A stretch of 64,000 nucleotides of DNA from Promethearchaeota archaeon (GCA_019057865.1 JAHLWP010000007.1:75005-139004), one strand, 5' to 3'; numbered from the stretch's first letter, positions 43,038 to 53,736 are shown. The notes: generated by a model from the letters alone, not told the origin. Numbers and translations are program-made.

Positions 43038-45920
43038 TTACTCAATCACTTCCATAGGTTTTCCGTGATGTTCTGGGATTTGCTGAGCACCACAAGATGC
43101 ACCCATCCAACAGACTAACTGGTCACCTTCCTTATGCATAGGCTTACCACAATGCATTGGAAGTTCTTGTTCTACTCCACATTCCACACATTTTAATTTT
43201 CCCATTTTTTTATCAACCTCTTTTTTATTTACAGATTTAACATACTTTTCATTAATACTTTTCATTTGCATTAATTTGGGATTCATATTATCATAATTCT
43301 TAAATCTTTCTGGATCACGTTTAAAGTGAGTTTCACAGTTAGGATTACAAAAGTGATATAGTTTCCCCTGATATTCATACTCAATAGCGCGTCTTGGATC
43401 AATTTCCATTCCGCATACAGGATCAATTACTTTTTCTTGAGATACAAGTAAACGTTCCTCTTCAAGTTGTTGAGGTGTTTTTGGTTCGAATCTTTTTAAG
43501 AACAAAGCATTGGTCACCACAGAAACAGAACTAGTAGCCATGAAAACTGCTGCTAAATAAGGAGGTAAAAAGAATCCTGTTAATCCATATAAAATACCCG
43601 CCGCAATAGGAAGTCCTATGATATTATAAATAAATGCCCAAAATAGATTCGTAATCATTTTTTTATACGTTTTTTTAGATAAATTAATAGCAGAAACCAC
43701 ATTTCTAAGGTCACCTCGCATTAGAACGATATCTGCAGTCTCAATTGCTACATCCGTACCAGATCCAATAGCAATGCCTACATCTGCTTGGGCTAAAGCT
43801 GGTGCATCATTAATTCCATCACCTACCATACCCACAATTTTGTGATCACCCGATTTTTGTAGTTTCTGTATAGTTAAAGCTTTATCATTTGGAAGAACCT
43901 CTGCTAATATGTGTTCCTCGTCAATTTTTAACTGATTTCCTATACTTAACGCGGTTTGCATATTATCACCAGTTAGCATATAAATGCTTAATCCAATTTC
44001 TCTTAATTTATTTAAAGCGTATGGAGCTTGATCTTTAATCTTATCAGAAATTCCTATAATTCCTCTAACAACATTTTCTATACTTACTAAGATTGTCGTT
44101 ATTCCTTTTTGCTGAAATTCTTCAAATTTGTCCTTGTATTTAAAGATCGAAATATTGTTTTCAATCATTAATTTTTCATTCCCAATCAATACTACTTTTC
44201 CTTTAATGTTAGTTCTGATACCTTTACCAAGGATAGCATCAAATTCAGTCGGAGCTTCAAGAGATAACCCTCTTTGATTTGACTCCTCGATAATTGCTTT
44301 TCCAATTGGATGTTCAGAGCCCATTTCTGCGCTCCCAGCATAAAATAAAAGTTCTTTTTCGTCATAACCTTTTCCAGTTAAATCTTTTTCAGCAAAAATT
44401 ACCGAAACTTTTGGTTTTCCAACGGTTAAAGTGCCAGTTTTATCGAATACGACTGTATTAATAGTATTAATGGATTCTAAGGAATCTCCACCTTTAATTA
44501 ATAAGCCACTTTCAGCACCTTTGCCAGTACCAACCATTACAGCGGTTGGAATTGCCAATCCTAAGGCACAGGGACAAGCAATAACTACAACTGAAGTGAA
44601 TACTAATAAAGATGTCTCAAGTTGAGTTGCTTCGAGTGCTGGATATAATTGAGTACCAATGAAATACCAATAAAGAAACGCGCTAACAGCAATAATAATG
44701 ACTATAGGTACGAAATAATTACTAATTTTGTCAGCTAATTGCTGCTTAGCAGCTTTTCGACTTTGAGCTTGTTTTACAAAATTGATGATTTGAAATAATA
44801 ATGTATCTTTTCCAACTTTTTCAGTTATCATATGAATTAAACCAGTTTGGTTTACTGTTGCCCCAATTACTTCACTATCAAGCTCTTTTTTAACATATTT
44901 ACTTTCTCCTGTAATCATAGATTCATCTATTTTAGTTTTTCCCACAATTACTCTCCCATCAACTGGAATTTTTTCTCCTGGTCTGACAACTAACACGTCT
45001 CCAACTTCAATTTCTTCAATAGGAATCTCTATTTCCTCGCCATCTTTTAAGATTGTTGCGGTTTTCGGTTGCAATCCTACTAATTTTTTTATAGCTTCAG
45101 ATGTCTGCCCTTTAGTCTTATGCTCAAGGTATTTTCCAACTAATAAAAAAGTGATTATCAAACTCATTGCTTCATAAAACACTTTTCCTGATATAAAGAA
45201 AGTGGTCATTATTGAGTAAATAAGTGCAGTCGTTGTCCCTAAAGCAACTAACACATCCATGTTAGTAGTTTTATTTTTTAATGATTTATATGCTCCGATT
45301 AAAAAAAACGACCCTGAAATAACGTAATTTGTTATCCCCAAAAAGAAAAGAAGGATGTTTCTTTCAAACGATTCTGTCACAAACCAACTTATAGGTGCAA
45401 TTATTAGTGAAAATATTAATGATATTGCCATGATGCGTAATCGATATCTCATTTCTTTCTTATGTTTTATAATTTCCATGTCCATAGCTCCAGCAGATTT
45501 CTCAATGTTATAATCTAGTTGTTTAACTTTAGAATATACTTGGTTTTCATCTATAACTAATTCATTAAATTCAATGAACATCTTAGATGCTTTATAATTT
45601 CCCCTGATGTCATGAATTCCTTCGACCTCTTTTATACTATTAATAAAAATTTCAAATTCATTTTCTGAAAGTTTATCTACAACTCTTATATCGATTTTGG
45701 CTAAGGATGCCTTGTAACCAAGATCTCGAATTGCTTCTTTAAAGTTATTGAAATTAGTTATATTTGGATCATATTTGACTGTCGCTTCTTCATTAGCAAA
45801 ATTAACAACTGCATTCTTCACACCATCAAGACTACTCAATTTATTCTCAATTTTTAAGGCACAATTAGCACATGTCATTCCACCAAGCTTAATATTTACA
45901 TTTTCTTTTGTTTCTGCCAT
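43038..45920 (-). CDS. copA: Cu(I)-exporting P1B-1 ATPase with N-terminal HMA, C-terminal YHS/TRASH and an extra Cys/His/Met domain
   Basis: GMTCANC, TGES, CPC, DKTGT, HP, GDGIND, YN, MATSS; DPVCGM...YHFCNPNC. Confidence 0.95.
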   Translation of the reverse strand: MAETKENVNIKLGGMTCANCALKIENKLSSLDGVKNAVVNFANEEATVKYDPNITNFNNFKEAIRDLGYKASLAKIDIRVVDKLSENEFEIFINSIKEVEGIHDIRGNYKASKMFIEFNELVIDENQVYSKVKQLDYNIEKSAGAMDMEIIKHKKEMRYRLRIMAISLIFSLIIAPISWFVTESFERNILLFFLGITNYVISGSFFLIGAYKSLKNKTTNMDVLVALGTTTALIYSIMTTFFISGKVFYEAMSLIITFLLVGKYLEHKTKGQTSEAIKKLVGLQPKTATILKDGEEIEIPIEEIEVGDVLVVRPGEKIPVDGRVIVGKTKIDESMITGESKYVKKELDSEVIGATVNQTGLIHMITEKVGKDTLLFQIINFVKQAQSRKAAKQQLADKISNYFVPIVIIIAVSAFLYWYFIGTQLYPALEATQLETSLLVFTSVVVIACPCALGLAIPTAVMVGTGKGAESGLLIKGGDSLESINTINTVVFDKTGTLTVGKPKVSVIFAEKDLTGKGYDEKELLFYAGSAEMGSEHPIGKAIIEESNQRGLSLEAPTEFDAILGKGIRTNIKGKVVLIGNEKLMIENNISIFKYKDKFEEFQQKGITTILVSIENVVRGIIGISDKIKDQAPYALNKLREIGLSIYMLTGDNMQTALSIGNQLKIDEEHILAEVLPNDKALTIQKLQKSGDHKIVGMVGDGINDAPALAQADVGIAIGSGTDVAIETADIVLMRGDLRNVVSAINLSKKTYKKMITNLFWAFIYNIIGLPIAAGILYGLTGFFLPPYLAAVFMATSSVSVVTNALFLKRFEPKTPQQLEEERLLVSQEKVIDPVCGMEIDPRRAIEYEYQGKLYHFCNPNCETHFKRDPERFKNYDNMNPKLMQMKSINEKYVKSVNKKEVDKKMGKLKCVECGVEQELPMHCGKPMHKEGDQLVCWMGASCGAQQIPEHHGKPMEVIE

Positions 45921-46534
45921 TAAAAATCACCTTTTTTCATATTTCTAGATAACAAATTTAATAATTATACCTTTTGTTTATATTTTGAAAGATTTTTAAA
46001 TCATATTTTTTGAGACTTGTAAAAAAATCTTATAGATTTGTTATTTTTTAAAAATAAAATTTAGAATAAAACCTGATTACTTATAAACAATTAAAATAAC
46101 ATATTTTTTTCATAACATTTTTTTAAAAATTTTTTTAAAAATCTTAAACTTTCTTCTTACAATAAATATTTCTATAAACTTAATTTTTTTTTAAATTTCT
46201 AAAAACTTTTATCTCATTTTATAGTTTCTTGTTTCAAAATGAAAATTTAATAATACACCCTCCACCTTGATTCTAATTGTCAATTATTGAGTTATTATTA
46301 AAAAAATCCGAGATTGAAACAAAAGTCTCTATTTTTTAGTTTATAAAATTATTTTGACGTAATATTTAAAATTATGTAGTAAAGGTGTTCTTAAAACTAT
46401 TATAAACCCAGAATAATAATTTTTTTACAACCTTTATCAGGTTGCTTAGTTCTACTCCTTTGTAGTTAATAAGAAGATATGAAAAAGAAAATAAAATGAT
46501 AATAATTAACTAAATTATCTCAATTTTTTATTTC

Positions 46535-48616
46535 TTATTTCTTTAACTTTAGAAATCTTGCATTAATGGCAACGATAACCGTGCTTAAAGACATAAGAAT
46601 TGCCCCAATTGCAGGAGTAATTAATACTCCGAGACTAAATAGAACTCCTGCGGCAAGCGGAATCGCAAAAACATTATAACCTGTTGCCCATATAAGATTT
46701 TGAATCATTTTCTTATAGGTTGCTTTTCCAAATCCTATAAGAGAAGTTACATCTCTTGGATTACTATTTACGAGAATGATGTCAGCAGTTTCAGCTGCAA
46801 CATCAGTGCCTGATCCAATTGCAATTCCTACATCTGCTTGAGCTAAAGCAGGAGCATCATTAATTCCATCACCAGTCATTGCTACAAATTCACCTTTAGA
46901 TTGTAACTCTTTAACCTTTTCTAACTTTTCATGAGGAAGTACTTCAGAATAATATCCATCAAGACTTAATTCCTCTGAGACGGCTTTAGCAGTTTTTTCA
47001 TTATCACCTGTTAACATCCAACATTTAATATTCATAGATTTTAAATTCTTAATAGCATCATGAGATTCTTCACGGACTTGATCAGAAAGACTAATAGCCC
47101 CGATTAATTTATTCTCACCCAAAAGCACAAATACGACAGTATCTATTGATCCTCTTCTCAAATTTTTTGGGATCGGGATGTCTAGGGCTTTCAAATAATT
47201 TGGACTAATAACACTAACAAGTTCTCCATTGATAGTTCCTTCAACACCTTTTCCCTTGATAGCTTTAAAATCCAAAGGTTGTTGTAGGGTAAGATTCATT
47301 TTATGTGCTTTTTCTACTATTCCCTTTGCAATTGGATGCTCAGAATTTTGTTCTAACGAAGCTGTTAGTTGAATAATTTTCTGCTCATCATAATCATTAT
47401 CAAAGGATTGTATGACATTTACACCAAAAGCACCCTCTGTTAAAGTTCCCGTTTTATCAAACAAAATGGTGGAAATTTTTCTAGAAGCTTCGAAAGCTGT
47501 TCGATTTCTAATCAATAAACCACTTTTTGCAGAGAGGGCAGTCGACATTGCCACTACCAGAGGTATCGCTAATCCAAGCGCGTGTGGACAGGCAATAACC
47601 ATTACTGTTGCCATTCTCTCAATTGAAAAATTAAAAGACTCTCCAATAGATAACCAGATAAATAAGGTGGTGAATCCAACAGTCAAGGCTATAATAGTAA
47701 GCCAAAAAGCAGCTCTATCAGCAAGTCGTTGAGTTTTTGATTTGGAGGCTTGTGCTTCTCTCACTAAATTAATTACTTTTGATAAATATGAATCCTTCCC
47801 TGTACTTTCTACTTGAATTTCAAGAGACCCATCACCATTAACAGACCCCCCGATAACCAAGTCTCCACTCTCCTTTTCAACTGGTACTGATTCTCCTGTT
47901 AACATGGACTCATCAATATAGCTCGAACCTTTTAAAATTAATCCATCGGATGGTATTTTTTCACCAGGCCTTATTAAGACATTGTCTCCTTTTTTTAATT
48001 CACTAAGCTCTACGTCAATGATCTCTCCATCTCTTATTTGATGAGCTGTCGATGGCATTAACTCCACCAACTTTTCTAAAGCTCGAGACGCTCCTAAAAT
48101 TGATTTCATTTCGATCCAATGCCCTAAGAGCATAATATCAATTAATGTTGCTAATTCCCAAAAAAAAGGATCTCCTTCTAATCCCAAAACAGTAGCAGCA
48201 CTATAAAAGTATGCGACAGAAATAGCTACCGCAATCAATGTCATCATTCCAGGAGCTTTTTTCCTTAACTCGTTCACAAGACCTTTAAGAAATGGCCATC
48301 CTCCATAAAAGAAAATAAAGGATGCCATAATCAGTAATACATAATCTAAACCGGGAAATGTGATACTCACTCCTAACCATCCTTGTATAGTGGGAGATAA
48401 TATAAGTATAGGAATAGTAACAATTAGTGAGACATAAAATCTTCGCCGAAAATCTTTTATCATCATTCTATGGTGAGCAGATTGATCCATATGTCCTTTA
48501 TGTTCAGCTTTATTCGAACTATGAGTATCATGAGAATTTATTCCATTCATATTTTTATCTGATACTACAGTGGGTTTATCTTGTTTTTTTTCTTTAACTT
48601 TATTATTATTTTTCAT
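46535..48616 (-). CDS. copB: P1B-3 copper-exporting ATPase with His-rich N-terminus
   Basis: His-rich N-terminus, PGMMTL, HWIEM, CPHALG, DKTGT, GYN, MSLST. Confidence 0.93.
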   Translation of the reverse strand: MKNNNKVKEKKQDKPTVVSDKNMNGINSHDTHSSNKAEHKGHMDQSAHHRMMIKDFRRRFYVSLIVTIPILILSPTIQGWLGVSITFPGLDYVLLIMASFIFFYGGWPFLKGLVNELRKKAPGMMTLIAVAISVAYFYSAATVLGLEGDPFFWELATLIDIMLLGHWIEMKSILGASRALEKLVELMPSTAHQIRDGEIIDVELSELKKGDNVLIRPGEKIPSDGLILKGSSYIDESMLTGESVPVEKESGDLVIGGSVNGDGSLEIQVESTGKDSYLSKVINLVREAQASKSKTQRLADRAAFWLTIIALTVGFTTLFIWLSIGESFNFSIERMATVMVIACPHALGLAIPLVVAMSTALSAKSGLLIRNRTAFEASRKISTILFDKTGTLTEGAFGVNVIQSFDNDYDEQKIIQLTASLEQNSEHPIAKGIVEKAHKMNLTLQQPLDFKAIKGKGVEGTINGELVSVISPNYLKALDIPIPKNLRRGSIDTVVFVLLGENKLIGAISLSDQVREESHDAIKNLKSMNIKCWMLTGDNEKTAKAVSEELSLDGYYSEVLPHEKLEKVKELQSKGEFVAMTGDGINDAPALAQADVGIAIGSGTDVAAETADIILVNSNPRDVTSLIGFGKATYKKMIQNLIWATGYNVFAIPLAAGVLFSLGVLITPAIGAILMSLSTVIVAINARFLKLKK

Positions 48617-48715
48617 CTTTTACCATCGATTCTTTTTCTATCAAATATTTTTTTTTACTATTTGTTATAAATTTTTTATTTATAATTTAAATATAATTAA
48701 AATAAAATGGTTACT

Positions 48716-48931
48716 TTAATCTAATCCAATGTGTTCAATTACATTTCTAAGTTTTTGAGCAGATTTTTTAAAGTAATCTTCTTCTTTCAAGTTTAGGGCA
48801 ATTTTCAACACACGCGATACACCTAATTTGTTTATAATCGCAGGTAAACCTAAATAGACTTTGTTTATGCCTAAGTAGTTTCTTTTAAAAAGGAGTCTAA
48901 CGCGGAGAGAAAGCCGGATATTAATTATCAT
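48716..48931 (-). pseudogene. C-terminal remnant of a lactate/malate dehydrogenase
   Basis: YLGINKVYLGLPAIINKLGVSRVLKIALNLKEEDYFKKSAQKL matches the LDH/MDH C-terminal pattern; no Rossmann domain upstream. Confidence 0.7.
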
Positions 48932-49082
48932 AAATCTTATTTAACTTTACATAATTTTTGCAAAAAATTAATACACCGTCCATAGTCAAGGCCCAAAAGT
49001 TTTCAATCATTCTATTTTCATCTCTATGTAAATTTAATTTTACTATTTTATTTATGCAAATAAAAACGTAAAATAATTAAAT

Positions 49083-49352
49083 TTTTCTTCTCAGTCTTTA
49101 AATTCAAGTATTGTATATTTTGCAGTTTCTTCATTTGCAATTAAGACTGCTATGGATCCTCATATTATAAAAACAATAAAAGTTAAAAAATTTAATTCTT
49201 CTAATAAAATTCACTTGAGGTTAGCACAACTTTCGCAAGACGCTCTTAAAATAACTAAAAAGATCATTGAAGATAGTCATGAAGATTTAATAACAAATTT
49301 GAATAACTTTAAGGAATAAATTGATAAAACAGTAGCTAAACTGTATTTAGGA
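49083..49352 (+). pseudogene. C-terminal remnant of a type IIG/N6-methyltransferase specificity region
   Basis: Reads SLNSSIVYFAVSSFAIKTAMDPHIIKTIKVKKFNSSNKIHLRLAQLSQDA...FKE-stop-IDKTVAKLY; internal TAA, upstream part missing. Confidence 0.6.
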
Positions 49353-49769
49353 ACCACAACCAAACCAAGGCTTCTCGTCCTTTTTAGTCTGCTGTGCAAC
49401 ATTGAATCTGTTCAAACCTGAATAAATGTCAATAATTGCATATATCTCAGTTAAAGCTTCGTCATCCAAACCATTGTTTGATACTGCTCCATTATAAACA
49501 TCAATACAATAGTTAGATCCGCTCATTATTGAGACGGTAAGAGCAATAATGTCTTTGGTGTTTTTATCAAGCTTGCCTTCTTTGGTCATGACTGCCTGAA
49601 CTCTATTCCAAGTTAATTCCAAATAATCAGGGTTCAACGCCATAGCTTTGTACATGTTAGGGATAAAATCTATTCCTAATGTTTTCTTAATGTCATCATA
49701 AATCATTCGCACTTTTCCTGCTGCAGTTGATTCATCTACAACATCCGTAGTCGTACATTTTTCTGTCAT
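49347..49769 (-). CDS. Carboxymuconolactone decarboxylase/AhpD family protein
   Basis: IYDDIKKTLGIDFIPNMYKAMA.NPDYL, KDIIALTVSIMSGSNYC. Confidence 0.8.
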   Translation of the reverse strand: MTEKCTTTDVVDESTAAGKVRMIYDDIKKTLGIDFIPNMYKAMALNPDYLELTWNRVQAVMTKEGKLDKNTKDIIALTVSIMSGSNYCIDVYNGAVSNNGLDDEALTEIYAIIDIYSGLNRFNVAQQTKKDEKPWFGCGS

Positions 49770-49910
49770 AAGAAAAATATTAATTCTTTAATTTATAAAC
49801 GTAATCCATTTAATTTATAATATATTGATTGTAGGAGCAATTATCAGAACAATCAATATCTTCACTTATTTTTCTTATTTCAAGAACAGAATCAAGATCT
49901 ACTATTTTGA

Positions 49911-50252
49911 TTAAATTTCACTTCCGCAAAATGGACAATATTTTTGTGTTCTTTCATCGAGTTTTTCTCCACAATTAGGACAGAAATAAGCATTTTCACT
50001 TTTCAGTTTTTCTTCAATTCCTTTATCTGATGTAATTCTCTGTAAATTTCGAGTTTCTATTTTATTAGATTTTTCATTGTTATATGCTTCTTGATGTGAG
50101 ATGTCTGTTAAATTATCCTGACGAGTTCTTCGAGATAGAAGATATAAAAGAATTACAGCAATTATAACAAAAAGACTGACTCCTAAAATCATGTAGAACC
50201 ATCCATTTGAACCCCAATCCATCATACCATCATGACCATAATCTAACATCAT
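49911..50252 (-). CDS. Single-TM protein with N-terminal His/Met motif and C-terminal zinc ribbon
   Basis: GHDGMMDW, one TM, FCPNCG...YCPFCG. Confidence 0.75.
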   Translation of the reverse strand: MMLDYGHDGMMDWGSNGWFYMILGVSLFVIIAVILLYLLSRRTRQDNLTDISHQEAYNNEKSNKIETRNLQRITSDKGIEEKLKSENAYFCPNCGEKLDERTQKYCPFCGSEI

Positions 50253-50272
50253 TAATCCACCCTATACTTATG

Positions 50273-50569
50273 TTAATTTCTATTTCCATTTGCTTTTTTA
50301 TTTAAATGGCTTTCTTCATAATTTCCTCTGACAAGTAAATAAACTAATAACCCTAATACATTAAAAATTAAGGATATTATTAGCCACACTTCAGAATTGC
50401 CAATTCCTCTCCTAATGGCATCTTTATGGACATAATAGGCAATTGTAACACTAAATATGATATAAAGACTTATTCCTAATACCATAACGAGCCATAGATA
50501 GGGACCAAATATACTATACCACCAATCCATCATGTGAAAATCTCCATCATGAAAGCTATCGAAAATCAT
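50273..50569 (-). CDS. Small membrane protein (PLDc_N-like) with N-terminal His/Met motif
   Basis: FHDGDFHMMDWW; YVHKDAIRRG...WLII..IFNVLGLLVYLLVR. Confidence 0.75.
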   Translation of the reverse strand: MIFDSFHDGDFHMMDWWYSIFGPYLWLVMVLGISLYIIFSVTIAYYVHKDAIRRGIGNSEVWLIISLIFNVLGLLVYLLVRGNYEESHLNKKANGNRN

Positions 50570-50613
50570 TTTACCACCTATTTTAACAAGTTTTATTAAA
50601 GTATTATCTTAAG

Positions 50614-50635
50614 ATATATATGTAAAAGTATGTAT
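50614..50635. promoter_or_regulatory. Putative operator, copy 1, overlapping a minus-strand TATA box
   Basis: ATATATAT-gtaaaa-GTATGTAT followed by TTAAA; flanks match those at 56305-56360. Confidence 0.6.
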
Positions 50636-50956
50636 TTAAAAATTATTATTATAAAATATATATAATTAGAAAATTCTATGTAAGTGTATTTATTTTTATA
50701 GAGCTAATATTTAATTTTTTAAAAGGAGGATAAATGTGAATAGTTATTTAAGATTATAACCTAAGGAGTATGAATCATATTAAGTATAATGTTAATTTAT
50801 AGAAAGAGTCTTTTTTTTTTTAAAAATATATAGATTAAAGTATTATTTCAATTACAATTTATTTCTACTAATTGATTTGACAATATTAATTTATATTTCT
50901 GTATTTATGGATTTTTTACATATTATGGGATTCTTATTTTTCTAATTTCACCACAA

Positions 50957-51040
50957 CTACAGATCTACTGCTTCTAATCCTTCTCGAAATGCTAAAAATG
51001 TTGGAATTAAAAAATCCACAAATGAACCTTGTAAAATCAT
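50957..51040 (-). pseudogene. 5' remnant of an FTR1-family iron permease
   Basis: MILQGSFVDFLIPTFLAFREGLEAVDL-stop; REGLE is the FTR1 TM1 signature. Confidence 0.65.
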
Positions 51041-51062
51041 ATTAGTTTTCTTTTTTTTAATG

Positions 51063-51272
51063 TTAATTGATTTTATAATTACGTACTTTTTTACTGCAGA
51101 TTGGACATTTATAATAATAGGTCTTATATTTTCTTTTTCTTCCCATAACTGTCTCTGTATTTATGATTCTTTCTTTCACACATTTCAAGTGGAAATTATT
51201 AATACAATCTGGGCATTGGAAAATTTGATCTTCTTCGCCTATAAATTTATCATAATATTTGCATTTATGCAT
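51063..51272 (-). CDS. Small PHD/RING-variant-like zinc finger (C4HC3 spacing, second Cys replaced by Tyr)
   Basis: CKYY...CPDC.NNFH.KC...CPIC. Confidence 0.6.
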   Translation of the reverse strand: MHKCKYYDKFIGEEDQIFQCPDCINNFHLKCVKERIINTETVMGRKRKYKTYYYKCPICSKKVRNYKIN

Positions 51273-51291
51273 AGTTAATTCAAATTTTAGA

Positions 51292-51972
51292 CTATTTTGG
51301 CTTAGATATTATTACTCGTATAATTCCAGCAGGATCAAGGGACCATTCATGAATTACACTAAATCCTGCTCTTTCAAGGTTGTTTAATGTGTTTCTAGTG
51401 AGGTGAAATCCCCGCATATTAGCTGTTATTGGATCAAATGCTCTCATGAAGATGTTTAATAATTTGGAATTGCTTATTCCATGCTCAATTTGAACAAATT
51501 TCCCTGATGATTTCAATACCTTAGCTATTTCTTGAAGACCTTTTAATGGATCAGGAACTGAACAAAAAACACAAGTAGAAGTTATGAAGTCAAAAGAATT
51601 TGGTTCAAAATAATTATTTAATTTTTGAATATCCCCTATAACAAAGTTTTTAATATTATGAAGCTCTAATCTTTTTACTTTCATTTTAGTTTGACGGATC
51701 ATCTGTGGGCTCCAATCAAAAACAGTAATATTTGCAGAAGGATGGTAGTATTTTAAATTTTCTCCAGTTCCTACACCAACTTCGAGTATTTTTCCTCTTA
51801 ATAATGAAAAAATAGTTCTTCCTTTCGAAAATAAACGCTCCATAAGTGAATTCATTATATCATAAGTAGGAGCTTGTCTATCATATATTTCTAATATGGG
51901 ATCTATATCTGACATTGTTTTGAAACCTCTAAAAAGTTTATTCTTAGTTTTATTTGAGACATTTTTCCGCAA
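51292..51972 (-). CDS. Class I SAM-dependent methyltransferase (true start may be ATG at 51915)
   Basis: ILEVGVGTG, FDFITSTCVFCSVPDP, LKSSG, IEHG. Confidence 0.88.
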   Translation of the reverse strand: MRKNVSNKTKNKLFRGFKTMSDIDPILEIYDRQAPTYDIMNSLMERLFSKGRTIFSLLRGKILEVGVGTGENLKYYHPSANITVFDWSPQMIRQTKMKVKRLELHNIKNFVIGDIQKLNNYFEPNSFDFITSTCVFCSVPDPLKGLQEIAKVLKSSGKFVQIEHGISNSKLLNIFMRAFDPITANMRGFHLTRNTLNNLERAGFSVIHEWSLDPAGIIRVIISKPK

Positions 51973-52011
51973 CCTGATTTTTAAGATAGTCTAAAAATTT
52001 ATTACTCTAAA

Positions 52012-52033
52012 ATATATATGAATAAGTATATAT
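52012..52033. promoter_or_regulatory. Putative operator, copy 2
   Basis: ATATATAT-gaataa-GTATATAT followed by ATAAA, upstream of the minus-strand methyltransferase. Confidence 0.55.
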
Positions 52034-52064
52034 ATAAATGTATATATTATAATTTTATAGTTAT

Positions 52065-52232
52065 TTATAAAATTCTAATTGGGGCAGATTCTTTATCATC
52101 ATGCTTTATTGTTTTTACAATGGTGTAATTATCAATTTTAGGATCAAAGTTAAAATATTTTTCACATACCTTACAGTATAATCTTTTATTTTTTGGAATT
52201 AATATATTATCACAATATGGGCAGAATCTCAT
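52065..52232 (-). CDS. TFS/RPB9-like N-terminal zinc ribbon only (55 aa; truncated or short paralog), not in ORF track
   Basis: MRFCPYCDNILIPKNKRLYCKVCEKYFNFDPKIDNYTIVKTIKHDDKESAPIRIL. Confidence 0.6.
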   Translation of the reverse strand: MRFCPYCDNILIPKNKRLYCKVCEKYFNFDPKIDNYTIVKTIKHDDKESAPIRIL

Positions 52233-52309
52233 AATTTCCCTTTATAAAATATAATTATATTCTCTATTTGTATATATTTTTAGACAATGTTTTAAGAAAA
52301 TTTTGAAAG

Positions 52310-52867
52310 TTAAATAAAGCGCCTAACTTTTTTACGATATTTATTATACTCATCTTTGAACTGTTCTTTTAACCATGGTTCTTCTGTAAACGGAGTAAGA
52401 AAATTCCACAAAATTCCTAAAATGCCTGTAATCAAAGTTAAAAAGGAATTAGCTAGTATTATCAATCCGGCAAATAATAAAATATCGGCTAAATATTGGG
52501 GATTTCTTGAATATTTATAGGGCCCATCTGTGACTAATTTCCCTTTTAACCCGAGGGTCAAGTGAATACTTAAAGTTCTTACTCCCCAGATCGCAAAAAA
52601 TAATCCCACAACTATTAATGATAACCCAATTGGGTACCGAGACCAATGTAATAAAATAAAATTATCCCAATCCAAAATACTTAATGTAATTGTTCCTAAG
52701 AAAGAAATTATTGATACAATCCATGATATCCAAAATTGCCATGAATCTTTGTTTGGTGGAGGCCATATCCTATATTTTGGTTTGATTATTGTGAAAATAA
52801 GCCCTCCCACAAGTAATATATCTGCAATAACAGTCATAATAAATATTAAAATTGTTAAAGATCCCAT
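52310..52867 (-). CDS. PEMT/ICMT-family membrane methyltransferase
   Basis: LVTDGPYKYSRNPQY, EEPWL..QF..EY..Y...V.RFI. Confidence 0.88.
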   Translation of the reverse strand: MGSLTILIFIMTVIADILLVGGLIFTIIKPKYRIWPPPNKDSWQFWISWIVSIISFLGTITLSILDWDNFILLHWSRYPIGLSLIVVGLFFAIWGVRTLSIHLTLGLKGKLVTDGPYKYSRNPQYLADILLFAGLIILANSFLTLITGILGILWNFLTPFTEEPWLKEQFKDEYNKYRKKVRRFI

Positions 52868-52963
52868 AATTCTTACACCCCCTTATTTTAAACCTATTTT
52901 TTTAATAAATGATATATTTTTCCATTCTTTCTTCAAGTTCTCTTCACTTAACCTGTTAAATCA

Positions 52964-53266
52964 CTAAGATAATAATAAATCCCCTAAAGGAATATCAAGT
53001 TCAATTTCAGAACTCTTTATTTTTCTCACAAATTTCCTAAAACCATAATCATTAAATATCAATTCTAGAAAGTTTTGATAGAGCGCTTCTATATTATCCA
53101 TACCTATTTTGATAAAAAGATCGTTCTCTTTAGAAGCAATGATACTTAGAATTGCATAAAGCCCTTTTATCGATCTTTTAAGATTCTCAAAGTTATTAAT
53201 TGCTTTTTGAGTTGACTCTCTCGTAAATTTTGTTATAATAATAGTTATCACACCCCAATTAATCAA
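52964..53266 (-). CDS. Hypothetical protein, coupled to the upstream TRASH-like gene
   Basis: 100-aa ORF overlapping 53263-53496 by 4 nt; start uncertain. Confidence 0.55.
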   Translation of the reverse strand: MINWGVITIIITKFTRESTQKAINNFENLKRSIKGLYAILSIIASKENDLFIKIGMDNIEALYQNFLELIFNDYGFRKFVRKIKSSEIELDIPLGDLLLS

Positions 53267-53496
53267 AATTGATTAGAATTGTTTTCTTTAACTATTTCTG
53301 TTTCATAAATTGAAAGGCACCTAGAACAACAGAAATATAACATTTTTTCGTCTTTATCTTTATACGTTGGTGCAGATAAATGTACAGGAATTCCCATACC
53401 CCATAATGTACAATATTCATGCACATCTGCATCAGATCTTATAGTTTTACTACAAATTGGACATAATTTCTCTTTCAAAAATATAACCTCCATCAA
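53263..53496 (-). CDS. TRASH/YHS-like metal-binding protein
   Basis: CPIC...YCTLWGMGIP...LYFCCSRC; GGAGGT RBS suggests a start a few codons downstream. Confidence 0.65.
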   Translation of the reverse strand: MMEVIFLKEKLCPICSKTIRSDADVHEYCTLWGMGIPVHLSAPTYKDKDEKMLYFCCSRCLSIYETEIVKENNSNQF

Positions 53497-53544
53497 TCAA
53501 TTCAACTTTTAATATTTATAAAAAAAATTAATTATTTTTAATAA

Positions 53545-53709
53545 TTAAATAAAATTCATTTGTAGACCACAATGCTCAGGGATGGGTTGAACACCACAGT
53601 GAGATCCCATCCAACAGACTAGTTTATCGCCTTCTTTATGCATAGGTTTACCACAATGCTGTGGTATATCCATTTCATAACCACACTTAGAACACTTTAA
53701 CTTTTCCAT
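53545..53709 (-). CDS. Small Cys/His/Met-rich putative metal-binding protein (54 aa), not in ORF track
   Basis: [54 protein letters not shown]; 27 nt after the copA stop. Confidence 0.85.
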   Translation of the reverse strand: MEKLKCSKCGYEMDIPQHCGKPMHKEGDKLVCWMGSHCGVQPIPEHCGLQMNFI

Positions 53710-53736
53710 AATATTTTACCATTTTTTTTTAATTTT

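Noticed and set aside
45961-45985. Fourth operator copy upstream of the first copA
   Set aside because: AATTATAC...GTTTATAT has a 5-nt spacer and several mismatches; not distinguishable from AT-rich background
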